NCBI GenBank assembly: GCA_041082215.1
Contig: JBDOIF010000006.1
Coordinates: forward strand, 1 to 64,000
Source of the DNA: Anaerolineae bacterium
GTDB taxonomy: Bacteria; Chloroflexota; Anaerolineae; B4-G1; DUEL01
DNA length: 64,000 bases
Reading direction: 5' to 3'
The notes below the pieces were generated by a model that did no database searches, was not told where the DNA came from, and saw only the letters and a program-made list of their open reading frames with translations. Position numbers and translations under genes: made by a program. This document shows positions 37,631 to 48,138 of the stretch, piece by piece (the stretch's first letter is position 1; the number at the start of each line of letters is the position of its first letter).

Positions 37631-37864
37631 ATGCCGGGCACAACCATCGCCTCGTTTATCCTCCGCTTTATCCAAAGCTCGTCCACTGAATCCGGCAGCT
37701 CATCCTGGCGCGGGATTGTTCGTCACGTACAGAGCGGCGAGGAATCTCCCTTCATGCATATCGAGGACGCCCTGGCATTCATCGGCCGGTATGTGCCCCT
37801 GGGGAGAACGGGTTCAACAAACAACAGCCAAAAGGCCAGTGAGCAAACGATCGGGGAGGAATAA
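37631..37864 (+). CDS. Small 'SFILRF' protein (77 aa), homolog of 17922..18113
   Basis: GGAGAGG RBS, TAATG overlap with the next gene, motif SFILRF...[22 protein letters not shown]. Confidence 0.75.
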   Translation: MPGTTIASFILRFIQSSSTESGSSSWRGIVRHVQSGEESPFMHIEDALAFIGRYVPLGRTGSTNNSQKASEQTIGEE

Positions 37865-38628
37865 TGCGGCTACAGGACAGAGTAGCGCTGATCACAGGGG
37901 GAGCGGCCGGCATCGGCCAGGCCACTGCCCTCCGCTTCGCCGAAGAGGGGGCACGCGTCGTCATCTGCGACGTCAACGAAGAACGGGGCCGCCAGACGGC
38001 GGGCCTGCTGGGGCCTGACGGCGCCTTCTACCAGGTGGACGTCACGGACCGGCAGGAGGTCCAGGCCTGGGTGGACGATGTCGCTGCCCGCTACGGCCGG
38101 ATAGACGTTCTGGTCAACAACGCGGGCATCCTCCGCGATGCCCTGCTGGTGAAGTATAAAGAGGGGCAGGTCGTCGGCCAGATGTCTGAAGAGGACTTTG
38201 ACCAGGTTATTGCGGTCAACCTCAAGGGTGTCTTCAACTGCACCCAGGCCGTGGTGCCTTACATGATCCGGCAGGGCGGCGGGGTCATCCTCAACGCCTC
38301 ATCGGTGGTGGGGCTGGACGGCAACTTCGGCCAGACCAACTACGTCGCCACCAAAGCCGGCGTCATCGGGATGACCAGGGTCTGGGCGCGGGAACTGGGA
38401 CGCTACGGCATCCGCGTCAACGCCGTTGCCCCCGGCTTCACCCTCACCGATATGGTCCGCCAGATGCCGGAAAAGGTCCTGGAGGGGATGAAGGCCCGCA
38501 TCCCCCTGGGCCGCCTGGGCGACCCCCGCGACATCGCCAATGCCTACCTCTTCCTGGCCTCCGATGAAGCCTCCTACATCACCGGCGCGGTGCTGCGGGT
38601 GGATGGGGGGATTGTGGTGGGGACGTAG
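37864..38628 (+). CDS. fabG: 3-oxoacyl-[ACP/CoA] reductase (FabG/PhaB-like SDR)
   Basis: [36 protein letters not shown]. Confidence 0.88.
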   Translation: MRLQDRVALITGGAAGIGQATALRFAEEGARVVICDVNEERGRQTAGLLGPDGAFYQVDVTDRQEVQAWVDDVAARYGRIDVLVNNAGILRDALLVKYKEGQVVGQMSEEDFDQVIAVNLKGVFNCTQAVVPYMIRQGGGVILNASSVVGLDGNFGQTNYVATKAGVIGMTRVWARELGRYGIRVNAVAPGFTLTDMVRQMPEKVLEGMKARIPLGRLGDPRDIANAYLFLASDEASYITGAVLRVDGGIVVGT

Positions 38629-38677
38629 TCCTCATCCCACCCTCCTACCGGGAGGGGTGAGGATGAAAGGAGCGGTG

Positions 38678-40204
38678 ATGATCGTCGGAGACTGGATCGG
38701 ACGGCGGGCGCAACTGACGCCGAACAGGGTGGCGCTGGTGGATACCCTCAACGGAAACCGTCCCATCACCTACCGGGAGTGGAGCAGGGCTGTCAACCGC
38801 ACCGCCCGGTTCCTGAAAGAGCGGCTGGGCGTCCACAGGGGGGACCGGGTGGCCGTGCTGGCCCACAACTGTGTGGAGTACCTGGACATCTGGTTTGCCC
38901 TGGGCCGCATCGGGGGGATTCTGCAGAACCTGAACTGGCGGCTCACCCCCTATGAACTGGAGGGATTGCTGGCCGACGCGGCGCCTGTCGCCCTGGTCTA
39001 TGGGAGCGAGTTCGTCCCCCAGGTGAACACGCTGCAGGGCACGACGCCGGGCCTGCACCACTTCGTGGCTCTGGGCGAGCCAGCCGGGCCGGACGATCTC
39101 CTCTTCGCCGAACGGGAGGGGTTCTCCGACGGGCCGCTGCCAGAGGTGGACCTGGATTGGGACGACCCCTGGGTCATCTGCTACACCGGCGGGACGACGG
39201 GGTTGCCCAAAGGGGCCATCCTGACCCACCGCGCCATCACCGCCAACGCGGTCAACACCGTCGTCTCCTGGGGGCTCACGCCGGACGATGTGGCGATTCT
39301 CAACTCCCCCCTTTTCCATACCGGCGGCCTCAACGTCTTCACCGCGCCCCTGGTCTACATCGGCGGCACCAGCATCGTCTGCAAGACCTTTGACCCCGAC
39401 CAGGTCTTTGACCTCATCCGGGACGCCGGAGTGACCCTCTTCTTCGGCGTGCCGACGATGTTCATCGTGCTTCAGCAACACCCCCGCTGGGAGGAGGCGG
39501 ACTTCTCCCGGCTGAAACTGGTCATCAGCGGCGGCGCGCCCTGTCCGATGCCCGTCTTTGAAAGGTTCTGGGAGCGCGGGGTGGCCTTTAAGACCGGCTA
39601 CGGCCTGACGGAGGCCGGCCCCAACACCTTCTGGCTCCCGCCGGAGGACGTCCGGCGCAAGCCCGGCTCGGTGGGCTTTCCCCTCTTCCACATAGACGTG
39701 AAGGTGGTGCGGGAGGACGGGACGGAGTGCAGCACGGATGAGGTGGGAGAACTGATCATCCGGGGCCCCCACGTCTGCGCGGGGTACTGGAACAACCCGG
39801 AGGCGACGACCCAGACCATCCGCGACGGATGGCTCCACACCGGCGACCTGGCCCGGTACGACGAGGAAGGGTACTACTACATCGTCGGCCGGCTGAAGGA
39901 TATGTACATCTCCGGCGGGGAGAACGTCTACCCGGCGGAAGTGGAGTCCGTCCTGCACGCGCATCCCGCCGTCGCCGAGGCCGCCGTCATCGGCGTCCCC
40001 GACCCCAAGTGGGGAGAGGTGGGCCGGGCCATCGTGGCGCTCAAACCCGGCGCCCAGCTGACTGCCGAGGAGCTGCTGGCCTTCTGCCGGGAGCGGCTGG
40101 CGGGCTACAAGGTCCCCAAGTCCTTCGTCTTCGTGGACGCCCTCCCCAAGACGGGCGCGGGGAAGGTGGATAAGCAGAGGCTGAAAGAGTTATACAGCAC
40201 ATAA
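38678..40204 (+). CDS. Long-chain acyl-CoA ligase (AMP-binding) 1
   Basis: YTGGTTGLPKG, GYGLTE, WLHTGDL, SGGENVYPAEVE, LPKTGAGK; start set after AAGGAG. Confidence 0.92.
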   Translation: MIVGDWIGRRAQLTPNRVALVDTLNGNRPITYREWSRAVNRTARFLKERLGVHRGDRVAVLAHNCVEYLDIWFALGRIGGILQNLNWRLTPYELEGLLADAAPVALVYGSEFVPQVNTLQGTTPGLHHFVALGEPAGPDDLLFAEREGFSDGPLPEVDLDWDDPWVICYTGGTTGLPKGAILTHRAITANAVNTVVSWGLTPDDVAILNSPLFHTGGLNVFTAPLVYIGGTSIVCKTFDPDQVFDLIRDAGVTLFFGVPTMFIVLQQHPRWEEADFSRLKLVISGGAPCPMPVFERFWERGVAFKTGYGLTEAGPNTFWLPPEDVRRKPGSVGFPLFHIDVKVVREDGTECSTDEVGELIIRGPHVCAGYWNNPEATTQTIRDGWLHTGDLARYDEEGYYYIVGRLKDMYISGGENVYPAEVESVLHAHPAVAEAAVIGVPDPKWGEVGRAIVALKPGAQLTAEELLAFCRERLAGYKVPKSFVFVDALPKTGAGKVDKQRLKELYST

Positions 40205-40279
40205 CACGGAGTACGGAATACGGAGCACGTGCTGCGTATTGCGTATTCCGTACTCCGTATTCCGTGCTCCGTATTCCGT
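40205..40279. repeat. TACGGAA/TACGCAA heptamer array in inverted arrangement
   Basis: acggagtacggaatacggagcacg...cgtattgcgtattccgtactccgtattccgtgctccgtattccgt. Confidence 0.85.
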
Positions 40280-40296
40280 CCGCAACGGGAGGCAAC

Positions 40297-41088
40297 ATGG
40301 TGGGCAAAATCGCCGTTGGAAATATAGAGATTGCCTGCGAGGTGACCGGCTCCGGCCCGCCGCTGGTGCTGATTACCGGCGTCGGCTACGGGCGGTGGTT
40401 CTGGCACAAGGTCACCCCCGCCCTGGCGGAGCACTTCCAGGTGGTGACTTTTGACAACCGCGGCGCGGGGGATAGCAGCAAGCCCCCCGGCCCTTACACC
40501 ACCCAGATGATGGCCGCCGACACGGCGGGGCTGCTGGACGGCCTGGGCATCCGCCGGGCCTCCGTCCTGGGCCACTCCCTGGGCGGCTTCATCGCCCAGG
40601 AACTGGCCCTGGCCCGCCCCAACCTGGTGGAGAAACTCATCCTGGCCTCCACCACCTGCGGCGGCCCCAACGTCATCCCCATCACGCCCGAGGCGCTGGA
40701 GGTGCTCACCAAACGGGAGGGCGACCCGGTGGAACTGGTCCGGCGCGGGATTCAGGTGGCCTGCGCGCCGGGGTTCGCCGAACGGCATCCCGAAGTGGTG
40801 CAGGAGCTTATGGAGTACCGGCTCACCAACCCCGTCCCCCCACCCCAGTACCAGGCCCAGGTGATGGCTGGCGCGGCCCACAACGCCGAGAGCCGCATCG
40901 GTCAGATCACCTGCCCGGTGCTGGTCCTCTTCGGCGAGCACGACAAAGTCGTCCCGCCGGGCAACGCCGAACTCCTGGCCCGCAAACTCCCGGACGCGCG
41001 GGTGAAGATCCTCCCCGGCGTGGGCCACGTCTTCCCCATAGAGGACCCGGCGGCGACGGTAGCGGCAATTGTGGAATTTCTGACGTAG
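40297..41088 (+). CDS. Alpha/beta hydrolase (enol-lactonase/esterase-like)
   Basis: FDNRGAG, GHSLGG nucleophile elbow, GEHD, GVGH. Confidence 0.9.
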   Translation: MVGKIAVGNIEIACEVTGSGPPLVLITGVGYGRWFWHKVTPALAEHFQVVTFDNRGAGDSSKPPGPYTTQMMAADTAGLLDGLGIRRASVLGHSLGGFIAQELALARPNLVEKLILASTTCGGPNVIPITPEALEVLTKREGDPVELVRRGIQVACAPGFAERHPEVVQELMEYRLTNPVPPPQYQAQVMAGAAHNAESRIGQITCPVLVLFGEHDKVVPPGNAELLARKLPDARVKILPGVGHVFPIEDPAATVAAIVEFLT

Positions 41089-41122
41089 CGCAAGATTGAT
41101 CTTGCGCCACACGGAACGCGCC

Positions 41123-42115
41123 ATGCGCCACGCACAAATCCTTTCCACCGGCAGTTACGTTCCTGAACGGGTGGTGACCAACGCCGAGATAGACGAAATC
41201 CTCGGCGAACCCACCAGCGACTGGCTGATAGAGAACGTCGGCATCCGGGAGCGGCGGTGGATGACTCCTGATCAGACCACCTCCGACCTGGTGGTAGAAG
41301 CATCCCGGCGGGCGCTGGAGCGGGCAGGGGTCGGGCCGGAGGCGCTGGACCTGATTATCCTCTCCACCGACACGCCCGACTACCTCTCGCCGGGAACGTC
41401 CGTTGTGGTGCAGCATAAGCTGGGGGCGGTCAACGCCGGATGCTGGGACGTCAACAGCGCCTGCGCTGGCTGGGTGACCGCGCTGGACCAGGGCGCGCGG
41501 TACATCATGACCGAGCCGACGATGCGCTATATCCTTGTGGCGGGCGGCTACGGGATGAGCCGCTTCCTGGACCTGGCCGACAAGCGGACGGCCAATCTCT
41601 TCGCCGACGGCGCGGGGGCCGTGGTGCTGGGGGCGGGGGACGAGCCGGGCTTCCTGGCCAGCCAGTTCCTGGCCCGGGGTGAGTACCACGACGCCCTGGG
41701 CATCTACACCGGCGGCGCCTTCCGGCCCTGTACGCCGGAAAACCTGGAGCAGTACGGCCCCCCGCGCGTCCAGTTCGTCAAAAAGTTCCCGAAAACCTTC
41801 AACACTGAGTACTGGCCCCGCCTCATCCAGGCCGCGCTGGACAAGGCCGGGCTGACCGTAAATGACGTCTCCCTCTTTCTCTTCACTCAACTCAATCTGC
41901 GTACCATAGAATTGATGATGCAGATTCTGGGCCAGCCCATGGAGAAGACCCACTGGGTGATGGACAGGTGGGGTTACACCGGCTCCCCCTGCGTCGCAAT
42001 GGCGCTGGACGATGCCATCGCGCAGGGCAAGGGACCCCACCCCGGCGACATCGTCCTCTTCTGCACCAGCGGCGGGGGCATCAGCATGGCCGCGTCGGTG
42101 TGGCGCTGGGTGTAG
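41123..42115 (+). CDS. FabH-like ketosynthase III homolog with non-canonical catalytic residues
   Basis: GSYVPERVVTN, GIRERR, NSACAG, LFADGAGA; FTQLN and GYTGS replace HQAN and GNTS. Confidence 0.88.
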   Translation: MRHAQILSTGSYVPERVVTNAEIDEILGEPTSDWLIENVGIRERRWMTPDQTTSDLVVEASRRALERAGVGPEALDLIILSTDTPDYLSPGTSVVVQHKLGAVNAGCWDVNSACAGWVTALDQGARYIMTEPTMRYILVAGGYGMSRFLDLADKRTANLFADGAGAVVLGAGDEPGFLASQFLARGEYHDALGIYTGGAFRPCTPENLEQYGPPRVQFVKKFPKTFNTEYWPRLIQAALDKAGLTVNDVSLFLFTQLNLRTIELMMQILGQPMEKTHWVMDRWGYTGSPCVAMALDDAIAQGKGPHPGDIVLFCTSGGGISMAASVWRWV

Positions 42116-42117
42116 GA

Positions 42118-42220
42118 CGTATTGCGTATTGCGTACTCCGTATCACAAAGTACAGAATGCAGAGTACGCAATACGGAACACGGAATACGGAATACGGAAC
42201 ACGCAGCACGGAGTACGGAC
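42118..42220. repeat. TACGGAA/TACGCAA heptamer array
   Basis: cgtattgcgtattgcgtactccgta...tacgcaatacggaacacggaatacggaatacggaacacgcagcacggagtacgg. Confidence 0.85.
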
Positions 42221-42221
42221 T

Positions 42222-43790
42222 ATGTACATCGGCGACTATCTCGGCCGTCGGGCCATCTATAGCCCGGACAAACTGGCGATTATGGATGCGGGCAAAGAAC
42301 CGCCGTGGCGGCTCACTTACCGGCAGATGAACGAGCGAGCAAACCGCTTCGCCAACTGGCTGCAGAGCGTCGCCGGAATCCGCAAGGGCGACCGGGTGGC
42401 CATCCTGGCGCGGGACGGCGTGGAACACCTGGACTGCTTCTTTGCCTGCTCCAAACTGGGCGCCGTCCACACCGCCCTCAACTGGCGGCTCCACTGGCGG
42501 GAACTGGTGGAGATCGTCCGGCGGACCACTCCCACCGTCCTCATCTACTCCGACGACTTCCGGGAGACCGTCGCCGCTCTGACCGACGGAATACGGAATA
42601 CGCAATACGCAATACGTTTTTATCTTCATATTGAAGGCAACGGCATCCCCGGAAGCCTGCACTTTGAGACCACCCTGCAGGAAAGCCCACCCGACCCGGT
42701 GACCTGTGAGGACGTGGAGGCGGAGGACATCGTCGCCCTCATCTTCACCGGCGGCACCACCGGTTTCCCCAAGGCCGCACAGGTCTCCCACCGGATGATT
42801 GCCTGGAACACCCTTAACACCGTCATCCACGACCTCACCCACAACGACATCTACCTCAACGTCTTCCCGATGTTCCACACCGGCGGCCTCTTCGTTTACA
42901 CCCTGCCCCAGATTATCCTGGGCGGGACAACCATCCTCATCCGCCAGTTTGACCCCGCGCGGGTCCTGCGCCTGATAGAAGAGGAGCGGGTGACGGTCTT
43001 CGCCGGCGTGCCGACGATGTATCAGATGATGACCCAGGCCCCCAACTGGGCCGGGGCCGACCTCTCCTCGCTGCGCTTCTGCACCAGCGGCGGAGCGCCG
43101 TTGCCCGTCCCGCTGGTGGAGCAGTACACCCGCGAGAAGGGGATCCGCTTCAAGCAGGGCTTCGGGATGACCGAGTTTGGCCCCGGCATCTTCGCCCTGG
43201 CGCCGGAGGACGCCGTCCGCAAGGCCGGCTCCATCGGCCGCCCTAACTTCTTCGTGGACGCGCGGGTAGTGGACGACGAGAACAACCCTCTCGGACCCGA
43301 CCAGGTGGGCGAGCTGGTGCTCAAAGGCCCTTCCATCTGCTCCGGCTACTTCGGCGACCCCGAAGCGACGGCGGGCCTGCTGGACCAGGAAGGCTGGTTC
43401 CACACCGGCGACCTGGCCCGCTACGACGAGGAGTGGTACTTCTACATCGTGGACCGCAAGAAGGATATGTTCCTGTCGGGAGGGGAGAACGTCTATCCGG
43501 TGGAGATCGAGAAAGCCCTCTACGAGCACCCGGCGGTCCATATGTGCGCCGTGGTCGGCGTCCCCGACCCCAAGTGGGGCGAGGTAGGGCTGGCCTGCGT
43601 GGTGCTCAAGCCAGGGGCCACCGCCACCGAAGAGGAACTCATCGCCTTCCTGCAGGACCGCCTGGCCCGCTACAAGGTACCCAAACGGGTCGTTTTTCTG
43701 GACAGCCTCCCCATCTCCGCCGCGGGCAAAATCCTCAAGCGGGAACTGCGGGAGCGGTTCGTAACGGAATACGGAATACGCAACACGTGA
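42222..43790 (+). CDS. Long-chain acyl-CoA ligase (AMP-binding) 2, with heptamer-derived peptides
   Basis: FTGGTTGFPKA, GFGMTE, WFHTGDL, SGGENVYP; GIRNTQYAIR at ~42586-42616 and EYGIRNT* at the C-terminus. Confidence 0.92.
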   Translation: MYIGDYLGRRAIYSPDKLAIMDAGKEPPWRLTYRQMNERANRFANWLQSVAGIRKGDRVAILARDGVEHLDCFFACSKLGAVHTALNWRLHWRELVEIVRRTTPTVLIYSDDFRETVAALTDGIRNTQYAIRFYLHIEGNGIPGSLHFETTLQESPPDPVTCEDVEAEDIVALIFTGGTTGFPKAAQVSHRMIAWNTLNTVIHDLTHNDIYLNVFPMFHTGGLFVYTLPQIILGGTTILIRQFDPARVLRLIEEERVTVFAGVPTMYQMMTQAPNWAGADLSSLRFCTSGGAPLPVPLVEQYTREKGIRFKQGFGMTEFGPGIFALAPEDAVRKAGSIGRPNFFVDARVVDDENNPLGPDQVGELVLKGPSICSGYFGDPEATAGLLDQEGWFHTGDLARYDEEWYFYIVDRKKDMFLSGGENVYPVEIEKALYEHPAVHMCAVVGVPDPKWGEVGLACVVLKPGATATEEELIAFLQDRLARYKVPKRVVFLDSLPISAAGKILKRELRERFVTEYGIRNT

Positions 43791-43824
43791 AACGTGAAGC
43801 GTGAAGCGCGAAAGGAGGCACGAA

Positions 43825-44883
43825 ATGGGCACGATTCCGACGCTGAAGGGAGTGACTTCCCACATGGTGCAAACGGAGCGGCTTCGGATGCATGTCCTGA
43901 TGGCCGGGCCTGAGGACGGCGTCCCGGTGGTCTTCATTCACGGCAACGGCTCCTCCGCCACTTTCTGGGAGGAGACGATGCTGGCGCTGCCGAAGGGCTT
44001 CCGGGGTATCGCCCCCGATATGCGCGGCTACGGCGACACCGAACCCCTGCCGGTAGACGCCACGCTGGGCCTGGGGGATATGGCCGAGGACATCCACTCA
44101 CTGGTGGAAGCCCTGAGGCTGGGGAGATTCCACATCGTCGGCCACTCAATGGGCGGCGGGATCGTGATGAAGGTCGCCATCGCCTACCCGGACGACCTCC
44201 TTTCCATCACACTGGTGGATACGATGTCCCCCTACGGCTACAGCGGGAGCAAGGGCGTGGAGGGGACCCCCTGCCACGACGACGGCGCACCGGCAGGGGC
44301 TGCGGGGGTGAACCCGGAGTTTGTGCGGCTGATGAAGGAGAAGGACCGTGGCACCGAAAACCCCATGTCCCCCCGCAACGTCATGCGCCAGTTCTACTTC
44401 AAGCCCCCCTTCGTCCCGGCGCGGGAGGAGGAGCTGCTCAGTTCGATGCTCTCGCTGCGGGTGGGCGAGGACTGGTATCCGGGCGACTTTGTCCCCTCAC
44501 CCCACTGGCCCGGCGCCGCCCCGGGCAGGCGGGGCGTGGTCAACGCTTTCAGCCGCAAGTACTTCGACGCCAGCGGGATCGTGGACATCTCGCCAAAGCC
44601 CCCCATCCTCTGGATCCGCGGGGCGGATGACCTGGTGGTCGCCAATGCCGCGATGTGGGACATCGCTGCGCTGGGGGCGCTGGGGTTCGTCCCCGGTTGG
44701 CCCGGCCCCCAGGAGTGCCCGCCCCAGCCTATGCTGGATCAGACCCGGGCCGTACTGGAGCGGTACAGGGCCAGCGGCGGCACATACACAGAGGTCGTGA
44801 TCCCCGATGCCGGCCACTGCCCCTTCATTGAAAAGCCCGATGACTTCAATGCTGCCTTCCACTCTTTTCTGCAAAGGGTGTGA
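43825..44883 (+). CDS. Alpha/beta hydrolase
   Basis: FIHGNGSS, PDMRGYG, GHSMGG, RGADD, AGHCPF; AAGGAGG RBS. Confidence 0.9.
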   Translation: MGTIPTLKGVTSHMVQTERLRMHVLMAGPEDGVPVVFIHGNGSSATFWEETMLALPKGFRGIAPDMRGYGDTEPLPVDATLGLGDMAEDIHSLVEALRLGRFHIVGHSMGGGIVMKVAIAYPDDLLSITLVDTMSPYGYSGSKGVEGTPCHDDGAPAGAAGVNPEFVRLMKEKDRGTENPMSPRNVMRQFYFKPPFVPAREEELLSSMLSLRVGEDWYPGDFVPSPHWPGAAPGRRGVVNAFSRKYFDASGIVDISPKPPILWIRGADDLVVANAAMWDIAALGALGFVPGWPGPQECPPQPMLDQTRAVLERYRASGGTYTEVVIPDAGHCPFIEKPDDFNAAFHSFLQRV

Positions 44884-44897
44884 AGAGGAATAGCGTC

Positions 44898-45008
44898 AGG
44901 ACTTACGCAGCTTATCTTGTAGCGCAGGCCACCAGGCCTGTACCTGCAGGCTAACAGCCCGTGCTACGGAGAAACTGCCCGCCGTCCTGGGGCAAGTGCG
45001 TAAGTCCT
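44898..45008. mobile_element. 111-bp MITE-like element with 12-bp TIRs and an internal GTAG palindrome
   Basis: AGGACTTACGCA (44898-44909) / TGCGTAAGTCCT (44997-45008); internal gtagcgcagg...cccgtgctac. Confidence 0.7.
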
Positions 45009-45105
45009 AAGCATTTCGCAAAGGGGGTGATGTCTAAAGAGAAGAAGGCTAATGAAGCACAGCAGGATTTGAATCGAATCTGTCCATATTCGGGAGGAGA
45101 GAGAA

Positions 45106-46458
45106 ATGGGCACAAAAAAGAACCTGTTGTGGTCGTTAATGGCCGTACTGACAGTGACGGGATTGCTTCTGGCCGCCTGCAAGCCTTCCCCCACGCCGAC
45201 CGCGCCGCCCCCCACCGACACCCCCACCCCGCCGCCGACCGAGGCCCCCACTGAAGCGCCCACCGAGGCCCCCACCGAGGAGTACCCCTTCGCCGGCCAG
45301 CCGCTGAAGATCGGCCTGCTCACCGACCAATCGGGTGCGCTGGCCATCTACGGCCCCATGCAGGAGCGGGGCTTCCGACTGGGACTGGAGTACGCCACTG
45401 GCGGCACGATGGAAGTGGCGGGACGGCCGATCGAGGTGGTCGTGCGGGATAACGGGAGCGACCCGGAAAAGGCGGTGAGCGACGCCCGCGAACTGATCGA
45501 GGCCGAAGGGGTGAACCTCCTGGTTGGCACGGTCAGTTCTGGCGCGACGATGGCGGTTCAACAGGTAGCAGCGGAAAACCGGATCATCCTCATCGCCGAG
45601 CCGGCCGCCGCCACCGACATCACCGGCAAGAACTTCAACCCCTACACCTTCCGCACCAGCCGCACCAACTACCAGGACGCCATCGTGATGGGCCAGGGCC
45701 TGCTGGACCTTGGCGACACCTTCGTCCAGATCGCCCCCGACTATGCCTTCGGCTGGGGCTCGGCCTGTGGCTTCTATGCCGTGGTGAAGGGGGGCGGGGG
45801 CACCTTCCCCATCAACGACACGGCGGAAGGATGCGGCGCTGTCTTCGTCCCCTTCGACACGACCGACTTCACCCCCTACATCCAGCAGGTACTGGACGCC
45901 GAAGCCGATGTCCTGATCGTCACCTGGGCCGGCGCCGGATTCGTGCCGCTGTTCCAGCAGATGCAGCAACTGGGCGTTTTTGACGAAATGGTCGTCGGCA
46001 CTGGCATCGGCGACAACCAGACCCTGGCCGCCGGCTACGCCGACGCTATCGGCTCCACCGGCATCGTCGTCTATCACTACACCCTGCCCAAGAACCCGGT
46101 CAACGACTGGCTGGTCCAGCGCCACATCGAAGAATACGGCACGCCACCCGACCTCTTCACGGCGGGCGGCATGGCAGCAGCGATCATGGCGGTGGAGGGA
46201 CTGCGGCGAACCAACGGGGATGCCAGCGCCGATGCGCTGATCCAGGTATACGAGGACAACTTCTCCTTCGAGGGCCCCAACGGCACCTACATCATCCGCC
46301 CCTACGACCATGTCTGTCTCTATCCGCTTTACTACGTGCGCCTGACCAACGTGACCGACCCCGACTTCAAGTTCGTCGAATTGATCCGGGAGTTCGCCCC
46401 GGAGGAGGCCGCCCCGCCGTGCCTGTTGGAGGGCGAATACGCCGATCGTTGCCCGTAA
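45106..46458 (+). CDS. Liv-type ABC substrate-binding lipoprotein
   Basis: LAAC lipobox, PTEA repeats, KIGLLTDQSGALAIYG, ITGKNFNPYTFRT, IAPDYAFG. Confidence 0.9.
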   Translation: MGTKKNLLWSLMAVLTVTGLLLAACKPSPTPTAPPPTDTPTPPPTEAPTEAPTEAPTEEYPFAGQPLKIGLLTDQSGALAIYGPMQERGFRLGLEYATGGTMEVAGRPIEVVVRDNGSDPEKAVSDARELIEAEGVNLLVGTVSSGATMAVQQVAAENRIILIAEPAAATDITGKNFNPYTFRTSRTNYQDAIVMGQGLLDLGDTFVQIAPDYAFGWGSACGFYAVVKGGGGTFPINDTAEGCGAVFVPFDTTDFTPYIQQVLDAEADVLIVTWAGAGFVPLFQQMQQLGVFDEMVVGTGIGDNQTLAAGYADAIGSTGIVVYHYTLPKNPVNDWLVQRHIEEYGTPPDLFTAGGMAAAIMAVEGLRRTNGDASADALIQVYEDNFSFEGPNGTYIIRPYDHVCLYPLYYVRLTNVTDPDFKFVELIREFAPEEAAPPCLLEGEYADRCP

Positions 46459-46486
46459 CGCCGATCGGTTCGGGCCCCACCGGGGG

Positions 46487-46581
46487 GTAGGGGCGACCTG
46501 CAGTAGGGGCGACCTGCAGTAGGGGCGACCTGCAGTAGGGGCGACCAGCAGGTCGCCCCTACCCCCCACGGTCGCCCCTAC
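46487..46581. repeat. GTAG REP cluster: three tandem half-units, one full palindrome and one extra inverse arm
   Basis: (GTAGGGGCGACCTGCA)3, then GTAGGGGCGACCAGCAGGTCGCCCCTAC, then GGTCGCCCCTAC. Confidence 0.9.
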
Positions 46582-46626
46582 CGCCCCGCGGGCTACCGTA
46601 CCTGTCGTCGTCCTGGAGGACGCGCT

Positions 46627-47382
<756 letters not shown>

Positions 47383-47415
47383 GGCAGGCTTTCCAGCCTG
47401 CCTGCGGAGGCGTAG

Positions 47416-48129
47416 ATGGCAAACCGGTATCTTCTGGAAGTGCAGGACATCCACACCTTTATCGGTCAGTTCCACATCCTCCAGGGGGTCTCCCTGGCGG
47501 TGCCGGAAGGGAGCATCACCGCGGTCCTGGGCCGCAACGGTGCAGGGAAGACGACGACGCTCAAATCCATTCTTGGCCTTACCCCGCCCCGGCAGGGCCG
47601 GGTCGTCTTCGGTGGGCAGGAAATCCAGGGCCAGCCCGCCTACGAGATCGCCGCGATGGGGGTGGGGTACGTGCCCGAGCACCGGGCCATCTTCACCGGC
47701 CTCAGCGTTGCCGAGAACCTGCGTATCGCCGAGCGGCAGCGGGGCGACCTGGAGCGGCGGGCGGATTTCATCTTCGGCCTCTTCCCCGACCTGAAGCGGC
47801 TCTATCGGCTGCCAGGCGGCCACCTCTCCGGCGGCCAGCAGCAGATGCTCGCCATCGCCCGGGCGCTGGTGCCAGATAACCGGCTGCTGCTGATTGACGA
47901 GCCCAGCGAAGGGCTGGCCCCCATCCTGATCCAGCAGTTGATAGAGGCGATCCGCCGTCTCTCGGAACAGGTCACCGTCGTTCTGGTCGAGCAGAACTTC
48001 CGGATGGCCAGCCAGTTGGCCGAGTGGTACGTCATCATAGATGATGGGCGCTCCGTGTGCAACGGACGGATGGCGGAGTTGCTGCGGGACGAGGAGACGG
48101 TCCGCCGCTACCTGGGGGCGACTGTTTAG
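47416..48129 (+). CDS. ABC ATP-binding protein, LivF-like
   Basis: LGRNGAGKTT, LSGGQQQMLAIAR, DEPSEGLAP, LVEQN. Confidence 0.92.
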   Translation: MANRYLLEVQDIHTFIGQFHILQGVSLAVPEGSITAVLGRNGAGKTTTLKSILGLTPPRQGRVVFGGQEIQGQPAYEIAAMGVGYVPEHRAIFTGLSVAENLRIAERQRGDLERRADFIFGLFPDLKRLYRLPGGHLSGGQQQMLAIARALVPDNRLLLIDEPSEGLAPILIQQLIEAIRRLSEQVTVVLVEQNFRMASQLAEWYVIIDDGRSVCNGRMAELLRDEETVRRYLGATV

Positions 48130-48138
48130 GAGACCACC

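Noticed and set aside
46487..46562. Tandem 16-bp repeats as a CRISPR array
   Set aside because: No unique spacers, repeat too short, no cas genes; fits a GTAG REP-like element.
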